Shown in pieces: positions 17,223 through 26,245 of a stretch of 44,932 nucleotides of DNA. Both the position numbers and the translations under genes were made by a program. How positions within the stretch are numbered: the first letter of the stretch is position 1; each line of letters begins with the position of its first letter. The stretch lies in sequence record OR565852; one strand, 5' to 3'. Source of the stretch: Citrobacter phage phiNP. A model generated the notes under the pieces. The model searched no databases. It was not told where the DNA came from and was given only the letters and a program-made list of their open reading frames with translations.

Positions 17223-18865
17223 TATTTTTCCTCCGGATCGGTAATCGTCTCACTGGCAAACGTATCTGCCTGCGCCCAGCTCGGCAGCGGAATGCCGCGT
17301 TCCCGACAGGCGTCGATCTCCCGCTTGCGCTGGTCCATGATCTCTTCCCAGTCTTCGCCCACGTTTTCGGCAACCTCCATTTCCAGGGTGGACATGCCGG
17401 CATCGAGCCCCAGAATGGCCCCTTTCTTCTCGGCAACCGGATCCACCCAGCCACGGCCCGGCCCCATCCAGCGGGCGCGGGTATACGCGGCGCGGGCCTC
17501 AATAAAGTCAGGCGCGCCAGCAGGCAGCGGTAAATCTTCGGTATCGTGCACCTCTTCAACAAATGCGCTCAGAATAGGTTGCGCAAATCCAACAGCGAAA
17601 TCGTCGCGGCGCCGGGTCAGGGTTTTCCAGGCTTCCAGCATGGCGGAGCGGGCCGAACTGTAGTTAACGTCTGACCAGTCCTGGGTAACCTGCTGGGTGG
17701 ACAACCCCGTTGCTGCGGCGATATTGCGCAGCGCAGCGGCCTCGAAAACCTCGAAATTACTGTGCGGGCGTGCAGCGTTAACCGTCGCGATTTTTTCCCC
17801 GGGATACAGAATGGGCATCCGGGCGCCGTTCTGCAGCGTCAGACGACGATCGCTGTGAAAGCCAATGCGTCCGTCCTGGTAAGCGCCCAGACTGGTATCA
17901 TCGTAGGATTCACCCATCGCCGCCTGGACCATCTCCGGATCGTAGGGAGACTCGATATAGGCGCCGAAAATGGAGTTAAGAATTGCGGCTTCCAGTTCTG
18001 ACTGGTCGTACTTAATCAGCATCTTCAGGCGCTGGACCACCGGGGTCAGAATGCCGTTGCCGCGGTGCTGGGCGCCCCGCTCATGGTCATAGTCATGGAC
18101 CACATGGGGACGCCCCCAGTAAGTTTCCCGCGGGATGCGCTCCCATGTCAGCGTTTTCTCTCCACTCCACCAGTCGCCGATATGGGCCTGCCTGATGTGG
18201 TAGGCCACCGGCGCCCCGTCATCATCCAGTTCGACGCCGCCGCGAATATGCGGCATATCGAAATTCTGCTGCGGGTTGCTCAGGCGGTCAGGATCCACAA
18301 TCTGAACCGTCGTGGCATACCGCCCGCGACCGGGGCCAAGCCGGTCCAGGCGATACTGCAGGACCGCCAGCGCATCACCATCCAGCAACTTATGACGAAA
18401 CCCCAGACGCAGCATCTGGGAAACGGTCTGCTTACGCTCAACATCGCAATAACGCCCGGGGTCATTCGCCCAGGTGCGCCAGTGCGCTTCGAGGACTTTT
18501 CCGTATTCATCGGCCCAGGTGGCATCGAACGCCTTGTTGCCGGTCATCAGCGCCAGCATCCGGTAATCCGGTTTCATGATGGGCCGGTAGTTCGCCCCAA
18601 CGGCATTATCCAGCACCCGGGTAATCGAGCCGCTGGCCCAACCATCGTTACGCGCCAGATCCCGCACCCGGGAAACGATACGATCCCGGTAGATATTGAT
18701 TTCGTTATCCGGCGACCACAGCGCGGGCTGCCAGTTCGCCAGTTGGTCGCTGAACGAATCCGCAGCGTCGTAGGGCACCCGGCTGCCACCGGTCAGCGCC
18801 GTGTATGAGGGGCGGGAGGGTGCCAGCGGGCGCCCGTCCACGCCCAGGATTTGCACTTTATTCAT
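17222..18865 (-). CDS. Portal protein, lambda gpB family
   Basis: 547 aa, between the gpW-like gene and the protease. Confidence 0.9.
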   Translation of the reverse strand: MNKVQILGVDGRPLAPSRPSYTALTGGSRVPYDAADSFSDQLANWQPALWSPDNEINIYRDRIVSRVRDLARNDGWASGSITRVLDNAVGANYRPIMKPDYRMLALMTGNKAFDATWADEYGKVLEAHWRTWANDPGRYCDVERKQTVSQMLRLGFRHKLLDGDALAVLQYRLDRLGPGRGRYATTVQIVDPDRLSNPQQNFDMPHIRGGVELDDDGAPVAYHIRQAHIGDWWSGEKTLTWERIPRETYWGRPHVVHDYDHERGAQHRGNGILTPVVQRLKMLIKYDQSELEAAILNSIFGAYIESPYDPEMVQAAMGESYDDTSLGAYQDGRIGFHSDRRLTLQNGARMPILYPGEKIATVNAARPHSNFEVFEAAALRNIAAATGLSTQQVTQDWSDVNYSSARSAMLEAWKTLTRRRDDFAVGFAQPILSAFVEEVHDTEDLPLPAGAPDFIEARAAYTRARWMGPGRGWVDPVAEKKGAILGLDAGMSTLEMEVAENVGEDWEEIMDQRKREIDACRERGIPLPSWAQADTFASETITDPEEK

Positions 18866-19128
18866 CAGAAACGGAACCTCACCGGTCGGCGTGGCCGCGC
18901 CACAATTCCCAGCTGCGCCTGCAGCAACTGGATCAGCGCCAGCAGGTCAGCCAAGCTGCTTTGCTGGTAAGAAACAGAGCGCGTGCCGTCTCCCTGTGAA
19001 TAGGAGAACGAAACACCACGACTCCCGGTAGTGAGATCGATATACGCCTGCTGTGCCTTTGCCAGTGCCTCCTGGAGCTGCTCACGAGTCATTCCACCGG
19101 CAAGCAGGCTGGTGTTTCGGTTAAACAT
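18865..19128 (-). CDS. Head-tail joining protein gpW-like
   Basis: 87 aa with motifs ...LQEALAKAQQAY.DL..G and ...RRPVRF, located between terL and the portal gene. Confidence 0.8.
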   Translation of the reverse strand: MFNRNTSLLAGGMTREQLQEALAKAQQAYIDLTTGSRGVSFSYSQGDGTRSVSYQQSSLADLLALIQLLQAQLGIVARPRRPVRFRF

Positions 19129-19136
19129 GATGGTCC

Positions 19137-21116
19137 TTACTGAGGTAGTAACTGTGATAACCGTCGGCGCTTCGGCGCCGCTGGCTCTTCGATGATGACG
19201 CCCGGCAGCCGGTAATCCGGTTTCGGCTGTGGATCCGGCTCTGCGGCAATCAGTCGTTCCGGGTTAGCGGCGATACTGTCGGCCTTCGCATTCAGCTTCA
19301 GCCCCATATGCAGCAAACCGCAGAGCGCGGCATAGCCGTAAACACGGCAGTCCAGCGCCTCGTTAGCCCTGCCTGCCAGTTGCTCCCAGACGCGATAGGT
19401 CTGGCCGCCGGAGTGTTTTACAACAGAGCGTTCGGCCAGTAGCTGCCCGAAATAATGCAAATCCCGGTCAGCCGGAAAATGCATATACGCCGATTTCGAC
19501 TCCCCGGCCTCCGGCGGCTCAATATGCAGTCGGTTGCGGATAGTATCCTTTGCTGAATTGACGCCAATAATGATTGGTCGGAACGTCGCCTTACTGCGCG
19601 ATGAGGGGCGCTTGGTCGGCCAGACGGGTGACCGCTTTCCGCCCCTGGCGGACTCCCCTTTTACCGCCCAGATACGGCGTCCCAGTCGCTCTTTGGCAAA
19701 CTCGTAAACCTTCTGGGTATGGTGGCCTCCGGAATCGTGGCAGGCGGCCATGATGGTGAATCCCCGGCCATCAGCCCGGCGCCATACCTGCTTCAGGTAC
19801 GCGTCCAGGCGCTGCCAGGGCTCTTCGGTTTCCAGGTCACCCTCGATCACGTCATAGGCAATGGACCAGGACTCTTCGTTACGTCCCCATCCGATGACCT
19901 CGATTTCAAAGCGATCGTCCTGGGTATCAATCCCAGCCGTCAGAACCGCCACGCCATCCGGCACCTCGGCGGCGTAAACCTCACAGCGCTCAGCCAGCCG
20001 TTTTTCACTCAGCGCCTTCTCCCCCCTGTCCTCATAGGGCTCCCCGAGGGTGGTGTTAATGAAGGTCTGGCGCTGCAGGGGATCGTCTTTTACCTTCAGC
20101 CACTCCGCGACCAGATATTTCCATGCCGCATTAGGGAACAGGCTGTATCCGGTCCAGATATGGAATCCCGCATGGCCGCTAAATGGCCGGGTCGCGCGCC
20201 ATTCACCATTTTTCACCATCCATGCTTTATCGCTGTGCTGAATCACACAGCCGTTGTGCCGACAGACGTAATAAGCGGATTCAGGAATGCCGTTGCCGTC
20301 CTTATCCTTTTCCCACTTGATACCGTAAGACGTATCCGGGCCGCCCCACTCCAGAACCTGATATTCGCCGCAGTGTGGACAGGGAACAAAATAGCGACGC
20401 TGATCGCTCTCCAGATACGCTTTCTCGATGCGACTGATGCCTTTCACCGTCGGTGTCGAGCCCAGCGCTATTTTTCGGTTCCAGAACGTTTCCGAGCGCT
20501 TGATCCCCAGCGCTATCTGGTCGCCTTCCGCACCAGCGCCACCTGCGGGGTACCCGTCCACCTCATCAAACAGGATGATGCGGCAGGTGATACGACGGAA
20601 ACCACCAGGACTGTTCGCCCCCACCATGGTCAGGTTAGCACCATTAGTGAACGTCTTTTTGAGGATGGTCTGATTACTGTCCTTCGCTTTGGGACTACCG
20701 CAAATGTCAGCCAGAACGGGGGTATCGCGCAGCATCGGCGATATTTCGGTTTTACTGTAATCCTCGGCATCCTCAACACGGGGCTGCACCACCAGGATCG
20801 GTGACGGGTCATGTGAGAGAAAATAGCCCACTACGTGGTCGAGGATCTTGGTATAGCCGACACGGGCCGATTTCATCACACTAATCTGGACAACAGCAGG
20901 ATCCGTAATGGCATCCATGATGCCGTCCTGGTACGCAAAGGAGCGAAATTTACCCGTCTGGGCGCTGGTTTCCTTGGACAGCACCGCATATTTATTGGCC
21001 CATTCGCTCAGCGATAGAGGTTCCGGCGGGCGAACGTCTGCACGGGCCTGGACCAGCGAGGCGCGGAAGCGGCGCCAGGCGTTATTGCTGATCCCCCCCT
21101 CTGCTGTCTGTGTCAC
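19137..21116 (-). CDS. Terminase large subunit, lambda gpA family
   Basis: 659 aa with gpA-type ATPase and nuclease sequence. Confidence 0.95.
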   Translation of the reverse strand: MTQTAEGGISNNAWRRFRASLVQARADVRPPEPLSLSEWANKYAVLSKETSAQTGKFRSFAYQDGIMDAITDPAVVQISVMKSARVGYTKILDHVVGYFLSHDPSPILVVQPRVEDAEDYSKTEISPMLRDTPVLADICGSPKAKDSNQTILKKTFTNGANLTMVGANSPGGFRRITCRIILFDEVDGYPAGGAGAEGDQIALGIKRSETFWNRKIALGSTPTVKGISRIEKAYLESDQRRYFVPCPHCGEYQVLEWGGPDTSYGIKWEKDKDGNGIPESAYYVCRHNGCVIQHSDKAWMVKNGEWRATRPFSGHAGFHIWTGYSLFPNAAWKYLVAEWLKVKDDPLQRQTFINTTLGEPYEDRGEKALSEKRLAERCEVYAAEVPDGVAVLTAGIDTQDDRFEIEVIGWGRNEESWSIAYDVIEGDLETEEPWQRLDAYLKQVWRRADGRGFTIMAACHDSGGHHTQKVYEFAKERLGRRIWAVKGESARGGKRSPVWPTKRPSSRSKATFRPIIIGVNSAKDTIRNRLHIEPPEAGESKSAYMHFPADRDLHYFGQLLAERSVVKHSGGQTYRVWEQLAGRANEALDCRVYGYAALCGLLHMGLKLNAKADSIAANPERLIAAEPDPQPKPDYRLPGVIIEEPAAPKRRRLSQLLPQ

Positions 21117-21687
21117 TGCTCAACTCCTCCATAGCCTCATACACCACTTCCTGAAGCGCCTGGACGAATTCAGCATCGCTGACAGTCGGGGCCAGCACAC
21201 GCAGCCGGGGGCCATGTTCCGGGGCGATAGCCACCAGGCGGGTACGCATCCGGGAATATTCTTTCCTGACCTCAGAGATCATTTCTTCGAATGGCAACAG
21301 TGCGCCGGATTTTGTGTCATATTCCAGCTGCGTCAGCAGCGCCAGGTAGTTCTCCTTCATCTGACGGGCTTCATCCAGCGTCATTTCAGCACCACGGGCA
21401 ACCAGGATCCGCTCTGCCACTTTACTGGCCGACTCCGGTCGTTCCGGCGTCGCGGTGTTACCCTGGCTGTTACTCCTGGTGGTGTTACCCTTCCTGTTAC
21501 CCTGGCTGTTACCTTCCGCATTTTTTTTACCCGGGCGACTCACCGTTTTCCGGTAGCGTTCAATGTTCGCGTTGGACGCGTCCACATCGATATCTTCACC
21601 ATCCAGAACCAGCCAGCCCCGGGCTTTCCACTGGGTGACCGTCTTCCGGCTGACGCCGTGCAACCTGGCGAATTCTGACTGGTTCAT
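21082..21687 (-). CDS. Terminase small subunit with N-terminal wHTH (Nu1-like)
   Basis: MNQSEFARLHGVSRKTVTQWKARGWLV HTH; overlaps the terL start. Confidence 0.8.
   Translation of the reverse strand: MNQSEFARLHGVSRKTVTQWKARGWLVLDGEDIDVDASNANIERYRKTVSRPGKKNAEGNSQGNRKGNTTRSNSQGNTATPERPESASKVAERILVARGAEMTLDEARQMKENYLALLTQLEYDTKSGALLPFEEMISEVRKEYSRMRTRLVAIAPEHGPRLRVLAPTVSDAEFVQALQEVVYEAMEELSSDTDSRGGDQQ
21456..21513. repeat. Five same-orientation TGTTAC(C/T) motifs spaced 12-15 bp inside terS
   Basis: Copies start at 21456, 21468, 21483, 21495 and 21507. Confidence 0.8.
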
Positions 21688-21688
21688 G

Positions 21689-21714
21689 TGTTACCCCGGC
21701 TGTTACCTGTTACC
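21689..21714. repeat. Three TGTTACC motifs immediately upstream of the terS start codon (cosB-like candidates)
   Basis: Copies start at 21689, 21701 and 21708. Confidence 0.75.
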
Positions 21715-21857
21715 CAAATTTCAAAAGTTCATAGCTAGCCGAACATCGCGGCGCGCAATGCCCGTGTGATATCAGCCAGTTAGGAAGGACCCATTTTTTT
21801 CTGAGCCGTCCTCCCCGGGGGATATCGTCGATTTTCCCGATTTGAAAAATATGCGGA

Positions 21858-22499
21858 CTACTTCGCGGTGCGGAGAGCCTCCGCTATTGCCTGACTCAGT
21901 GCACCAGGTAGCAGCGCTTCCGCCATCTGGTTCGCTCTGTCCATGTATCCCAGTACTGGGCTGACAGGAAGCGCATCACCAAAGCGAATAAGGAGTTTCG
22001 GGGCTGGCTGCTTCATCCTGTCGCGGCGCATGCCGTTCGGAGAGCGTTTAGCCCGCTTTTTCCTCTTGCTCTTCTTTGGCTTCCTGCGCTGCCATACACC
22101 GTTAACACCGTTGACGTCACCGATGAAGGTATTCGGCTTTGCCTTTAGCTGGCTCATCTTGTTACGGGTCAGGTTGCCGTATTTGTTCAGCTTGATGTTC
22201 TTGGGGTTCAGCAGTGCTTTGCCGTTCAGCTTATGCTCTCCACCAAATTCGAAAGGCTCCAGGTATCCGGCTGCCGTATCGCGAACAAACACCCGGGCGC
22301 GCAGGTTGCTCTTTCTTGCCCCCACTGAGCCAACCGACTTAACGGTGAATGGTGTCGGATTATCCAGCCTGCGCTGGAATGCCGTCTTCTGCGCAGCCTC
22401 TATCTGTCGAACGACAGACGTCATAGCCTGGGCCGTGGCGAAAGGAATCTGCTTTTTTATCGCCTGCAGCTGGCGTGACAGGTCACGTAAATCAGCCAT
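21858..22499 (-). CDS. Hypothetical protein with a strongly basic C-terminal segment
   Basis: The start was moved to MADLRDL (22499) because of the RBS AAGGGG and the end of the upstream gene at 22510. Contains the tract RRKPKKSKRKKRAKR. Confidence 0.5.
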   Translation of the reverse strand: MADLRDLSRQLQAIKKQIPFATAQAMTSVVRQIEAAQKTAFQRRLDNPTPFTVKSVGSVGARKSNLRARVFVRDTAAGYLEPFEFGGEHKLNGKALLNPKNIKLNKYGNLTRNKMSQLKAKPNTFIGDVNGVNGVWQRRKPKKSKRKKRAKRSPNGMRRDRMKQPAPKLLIRFGDALPVSPVLGYMDRANQMAEALLPGALSQAIAEALRTAK

Positions 22500-22509
22500 T
22501 GGACACCCC

Positions 22510-23175
22510 TTATAGTGCTGGTACCCATGGTAAATTACTGGTCCACGGTTTCGGGTTTCCATGAAAGCAGACTATTCGTGCATCGGGCGGCAACGTTCCA
22601 TTGCCTTCAGACCTTAATGAGTGCCATCCTGGCATTCCGGCGCACGCGATGTGCTGCTTATAGCTGACTATCTGGCCGGGATACTCGTTCTGCCAGATAA
22701 TCCGGGGCTGAAACACATCATCGAGAAAACCCTGGTCACCCCATTTCTTCCCAGGCTGCGTACACTCCTGCATGATGCGCACCGGCGCTTCCATGAACTG
22801 TTCCCATATCGACGCTTTATTTCCATGCGGTATTCGCATCACGGCAGATCCCACCGTTGAGGGATGATAGAAATCAGCCAGAATTCCCATGCGCTGCTCT
22901 GCCAGCAATTCCGTAATATCACCGGTAATAACCGTATCGAGATCAAGAAAGAAGATGTCGCTATCACACTGAGCCGGATCGAACAATTCGATCTTGCTCC
23001 ACCAGCCCGGCCAGCTCTGCTTCAGGGGAATAGTACGAACTCCCCGGATAGCCCTGTCGGAGAAGCACACAAAGTCATATCCACCAGGTAGCTGCCGTTT
23101 CAGCCATTTCACATGCTCTGGTGCATATGCGCCACCGCTGCGTAAAACCGTTGCGATTACGGGCTTATCTCTCAT
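22510..23175 (-). CDS. Nucleotide-sugar (DxD) glycosyltransferase-like protein
   Basis: IFFLDLDTVI (DxD), WGDQGFL and CFHGNPKPW motifs resemble GT-A-fold transferases. The assignment is by eye only. Confidence 0.45.
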   Translation of the reverse strand: MRDKPVIATVLRSGGAYAPEHVKWLKRQLPGGYDFVCFSDRAIRGVRTIPLKQSWPGWWSKIELFDPAQCDSDIFFLDLDTVITGDITELLAEQRMGILADFYHPSTVGSAVMRIPHGNKASIWEQFMEAPVRIMQECTQPGKKWGDQGFLDDVFQPRIIWQNEYPGQIVSYKQHIACAGMPGWHSLRSEGNGTLPPDARIVCFHGNPKPWTSNLPWVPAL

Positions 23176-23785
23176 CAGTCATATCCATCCATTCGGCAAG
23201 TGTCATTTGAGGTACGGAAGCTAGCTTTCCCAGAGAAACCACATTAATCTGAGGCCGGGCTGACGCGAAAAGTAACGGCAAATGAGACAAGTCTCGGCAC
23301 CAGCCGCCCTCCACACGCTCTTCGTCAGTCGCATCAACCCCCACCAGAGCTACATCGATAAATCCCAGGTGGTACGCCAGACCCAGCGCGCCGTAGGCAC
23401 TGTTACCAGAATGAATTTCGCCAGGGCTATTGCTCAGGCCGGGAGTACACGACCAGCGCCATAACCACCAGCCAGGTGATCCAACCGTTGCCGGTTCAGC
23501 GCCACGCGATGAGATTCGCCTCATCCTGATAACATGCGGCGGTAGCCCGATATCATCCGGAACAGCCGCCACATAGCAGATGTTCGGGCGCGGATTAGCC
23601 AGCCGGCTCATATTTTCCGGACTGGGATCCAGCGTGAAAAAATAATCGGTGCTCGGTAGCCAGTCGATAGCTCCATTCACCGCAATAATTGTCACCCCGT
23701 CCGGTGGACTGAACTCCGCCGCACTGGGACCGGATGCGACGATAATCGCTCTATTGCTGTTTCCAGCCTTTCGCGTTGAAAGCAT
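23165..23785 (-). CDS. DUF115 / MptE-Maf-like protein, paralogue B
   Basis: AIIVASGPS, IIAVNGAIDW and ALVGVDAT motifs, shared with the upstream paralogue. Confidence 0.45.
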   Translation of the reverse strand: MLSTRKAGNSNRAIIVASGPSAAEFSPPDGVTIIAVNGAIDWLPSTDYFFTLDPSPENMSRLANPRPNICYVAAVPDDIGLPPHVIRMRRISSRGAEPATVGSPGWWLWRWSCTPGLSNSPGEIHSGNSAYGALGLAYHLGFIDVALVGVDATDEERVEGGWCRDLSHLPLLFASARPQINVVSLGKLASVPQMTLAEWMDMTDER

Positions 23786-24294
23786 TTCAGAGAGGTATCC
23801 CGTGAACAGTTAACAATTTCCACCCCAGAGCAGGCCGCGGCCAGGCGGGAAAATTCACCCTGCCAGGCGATAACGCTTTCATGTGTCGGGTTTCGTAGTC
23901 GTCCGGCGGCATGGGCCCCATGCCAGTGAATCCCGCGCTTCAGTGAGCAGTCATAGCCCAACAGCAGAATCCGGCTGGCGCCCAGGGTGGCGGCTAACTC
24001 AATGGCTCGCTGCCCTGAGTTAAACGATCCCGGTATTGCTGTTTGCAGGTAGCTAATGCCGAAATGAATGGCGGTGTAACGGCTGCCACACCAGCGCGCC
24101 GCCGTTACAGGAATTTTGCTGGCGTGCTCCCGCCACCATGCAAAATCAGCCGCATAGATTGCCGAGCAGAACGGCGCCACACGCCATGAATCATTAACGG
24201 CAATAATGGGGATTTCAGCCTCATAGAGCAGCTGACAATCGGCAAGCGTCAGGGATGGCCCCGACGCTGCACAAGCGATGACGGAGTTTTTCAC
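23692..24294 (-). CDS. DUF115 / MptE-Maf-like protein, paralogue A
   Basis: VIACAASGPS, IIAVNDSW and LLLGYDCS motifs. Its 3' end overlaps paralogue B by 94 nt. Confidence 0.45.
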   Translation of the reverse strand: MKNSVIACAASGPSLTLADCQLLYEAEIPIIAVNDSWRVAPFCSAIYAADFAWWREHASKIPVTAARWCGSRYTAIHFGISYLQTAIPGSFNSGQRAIELAATLGASRILLLGYDCSLKRGIHWHGAHAAGRLRNPTHESVIAWQGEFSRLAAACSGVEIVNCSRDTSLKCFQRERLETAIERLSSHPVPVRRSSVHRTG

Positions 24295-24604
24295 TGTGTA
24301 TCCAAAATATATTCCGGGGAAAGTTGAAACTGGATGCTATCTGAAACAGATCGTTTATGCTGAGTTACCCCGGAAATAAGCCGGGTATTCAGAAGAAAAT
24401 AAAAAGCACTGTCGACGAGCCTCCGAAGAAGCCCGCCTGCACTGCCCGTTATGGTGTTACTCCAGATTATCCCTGGTTATCATAAGGGTTCAGCCCGCCC
24501 ATGCCGACACATGGGCGCACACAGCAACAAGGGGGATGGCTGCTGTAATGCCCTGTTCGCTGGGCCAGCGTCGGTTGCCACCCGATCTACGGCAGTGAAT
24601 TCAT

Positions 24605-24802
24605 TTAGCCCAGCTTTGCACGCACCAGCGCATCTTTCGCTTCAAGAAGTTTACGCAAACCAGCCGACTTCTCCGGGCCATTCGGCAGCATTGCATCCAT
24701 CAGCTTAGCCAGATCACCGATAGGCTTACTGACTTCCTGTAAATGCGGAGGTAAGTGCTCATACTCAAAATACTTAATGATCGGCGTGATGATAGTTGCC
24801 AT
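24605..24802 (-). CDS. Small hypothetical protein downstream of the spanins
   Basis: Start taken at MATIITP (24802), preceded by RBS AGAGG. Confidence 0.5.
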   Translation of the reverse strand: MATIITPIIKYFEYEHLPPHLQEVSKPIGDLAKLMDAMLPNGPEKSAGLRKLLEAKDALVRAKLG

Positions 24803-25328
24803 CGATAACCTCTGTTTGATTGTTGGATGCTCTAACTGAGTCATAAATACGTTCACACGTCATTCCAGCGCGGTAGCTTTTGTCAGATCGTCCAGCATAG
24901 TATTTAGCTTCATCTGCAAGGCGTCCGAGCATGTCGGCGAGCATCGCGGCGTTGGCGCTGGCTGTTTTGCTTCGGACGGTAGCGGCAAGATCTGCGGTGT
25001 GCTTTGCGGCGTCCAGGCGGGTGGCAAGTTTTTTAGCTTGTTGCTGCAGCTGGCTAACAGTGGCAGACAAACCAGCAGCAGTGGCAGCAGCTTTTGCGGC
25101 TTGCGTTTGTGCATCTTTCACGGCCTCATCACGGGCAATAATGCGCCCTTGCTCAATCATTCGGGCAGCAGTCTGCGCGTTAGCAGCCTGTGAGGACTCT
25201 GCGCTGTCACGATCCGCCCATTTTATTCGCCAGGCCCGGTCGCGCCAGCTATCTCCCGTAACAAACGCAATGACCACCAGCAGTATGATCGCCAGAGGCT
25301 TCCAGAATGTCTTCAGCAGAGAGAACAT
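24774..25328 (-). CDS. Rz: i-spanin (Rz-like)
   Basis: N-terminal TMD (KPLAIILLVVIAFV), an Ala/Gln-rich coiled coil, and a position after the endolysin. Confidence 0.75.
   Translation of the reverse strand: MFSLLKTFWKPLAIILLVVIAFVTGDSWRDRAWRIKWADRDSAESSQAANAQTAARMIEQGRIIARDEAVKDAQTQAAKAAATAAGLSATVSQLQQQAKKLATRLDAAKHTADLAATVRSKTASANAAMLADMLGRLADEAKYYAGRSDKSYRAGMTCERIYDSVRASNNQTEVIDGNYHHADH
24860..25114 (-). CDS. Rz1: o-spanin lipoprotein (Rz1-like) embedded out of frame in Rz
   Basis: Lipobox LLASC after a signal peptide; proline-rich mature part; fully nested in the Rz gene. Confidence 0.7.
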   Translation of the reverse strand: MHKRKPQKLLPLLLVCLPLLASCSNKLKNLPPAWTPQSTPQILPLPSEAKQPAPTPRCSPTCSDALQMKLNTMLDDLTKATALE

Positions 25329-25331
25329 CTG

Positions 25332-25739
25332 TCACCCCGCCAGATCGATAGCCTTAACGAAAACATCAAATCTGTATGGCTGGTCCCCGTTCTCATGCTG
25401 AATGATGGCCTGCAACAGCTTCATCATGAATCGGCTGTCGCTGGTATCAATACGCTGGTCGGGATCAACGCCCGTCGCTTTCGCTACGCTGTTGATATAG
25501 GACTGCGTGTCGTTCTCATTGGTCGGTGCCCAGCGGTTTATGATCCCGCTGATGGTGCTGAGCCCATGTTTACGCTGGTAGTTGCGCAAAATGATGATCA
25601 TCGCCCGAATGCCATACTCCGCCGATTTGAACTGACAGAATGATTTATCAGTGCGCTGAGTTTCTGGCACCAGCCCCTTCCACTCGTCACCCCAGCGAAT
25701 ATTGCCGGGGTTGTTATTGCGGATCCCGCGTGCTGTCAT
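25332..25739 (-). CDS. Endolysin candidate (GIRNNNPGNIR-motif family)
   Basis: Located between the holin and Rz, with an ATGA overlap with the holin gene. The catalytic class could not be determined by eye. Confidence 0.6.
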   Translation of the reverse strand: MTARGIRNNNPGNIRWGDEWKGLVPETQRTDKSFCQFKSAEYGIRAMIIILRNYQRKHGLSTISGIINRWAPTNENDTQSYINSVAKATGVDPDQRIDTSDSRFMMKLLQAIIQHENGDQPYRFDVFVKAIDLAG

Positions 25740-26068
25740 TTATTGCTCTCCCTTGTGTTGATGCCGGCTCTCCTGGAGACAACAGCCAGCGCCATATCGC
25801 GGAGGCGATCAGCACCAACGAAGCCCACCAGCGCACCCACAAACGCGCCGGAATTAGCAGGGAGGCCGAAGTATTCAAGTAATGCTGAAATGGCCAGGGC
25901 GAAAATACCGCAGATCAGCGCTCCCGTTGCCGTGTACAGCTTCGGCTTTCCTGCCCTGATGTCGATCAGCGCTGAAATGCCCAGGGCGCACAGACCTGCG
26001 TATACCGAAGGGAGGTACATCGCGATCCATTTCATAGTTTGCTCAAAAATCCCGTTTGCATGGTTCAT
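25736..26068 (-). CDS. Holin (three predicted TMDs)
   Basis: Three hydrophobic segments plus a charged C-terminus; first gene of the lysis cassette. Confidence 0.7.
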   Translation of the reverse strand: MNHANGIFEQTMKWIAMYLPSVYAGLCALGISALIDIRAGKPKLYTATGALICGIFALAISALLEYFGLPANSGAFVGALVGFVGADRLRDMALAVVSRRAGINTRESNK

Positions 26069-26245
26069 GAATCCACCTCCGAAGTGATGTTCGAGGTGCT
26101 GTGTTGGGGGAAATTCAGGCTTCAGGGTGGTGGCGCTACATGGCTATATAGAGGATGAAACCCTGAGCCTGAAAGAGATGACCACCACAGCATGACAAAC
26201 GTGGTGAGCCGATTGATGACGCTTTCGGCTCATTGAGTGAGCCGT

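Noticed and set aside
19719-20804. 361-aa + strand ORF, along with similar long antisense ORFs at 18065-18808, 20908-21678 and 15792-16373
   Set aside because: These lie opposite clearly identified genes (terminase, portal, scaffold). Their composition is low-complexity and rich in R, P, A and S, which is typical of antisense frames in GC-rich coding DNA.
24295-24604. 310-bp gap in the late operon, including the + strand ORF 24451-24708
   Set aside because: The minus strand has only very short ORFs, and the + strand ORF has no RBS and runs against the operon. I found no convincing hairpin-plus-T-run or repeat. It is left unannotated.
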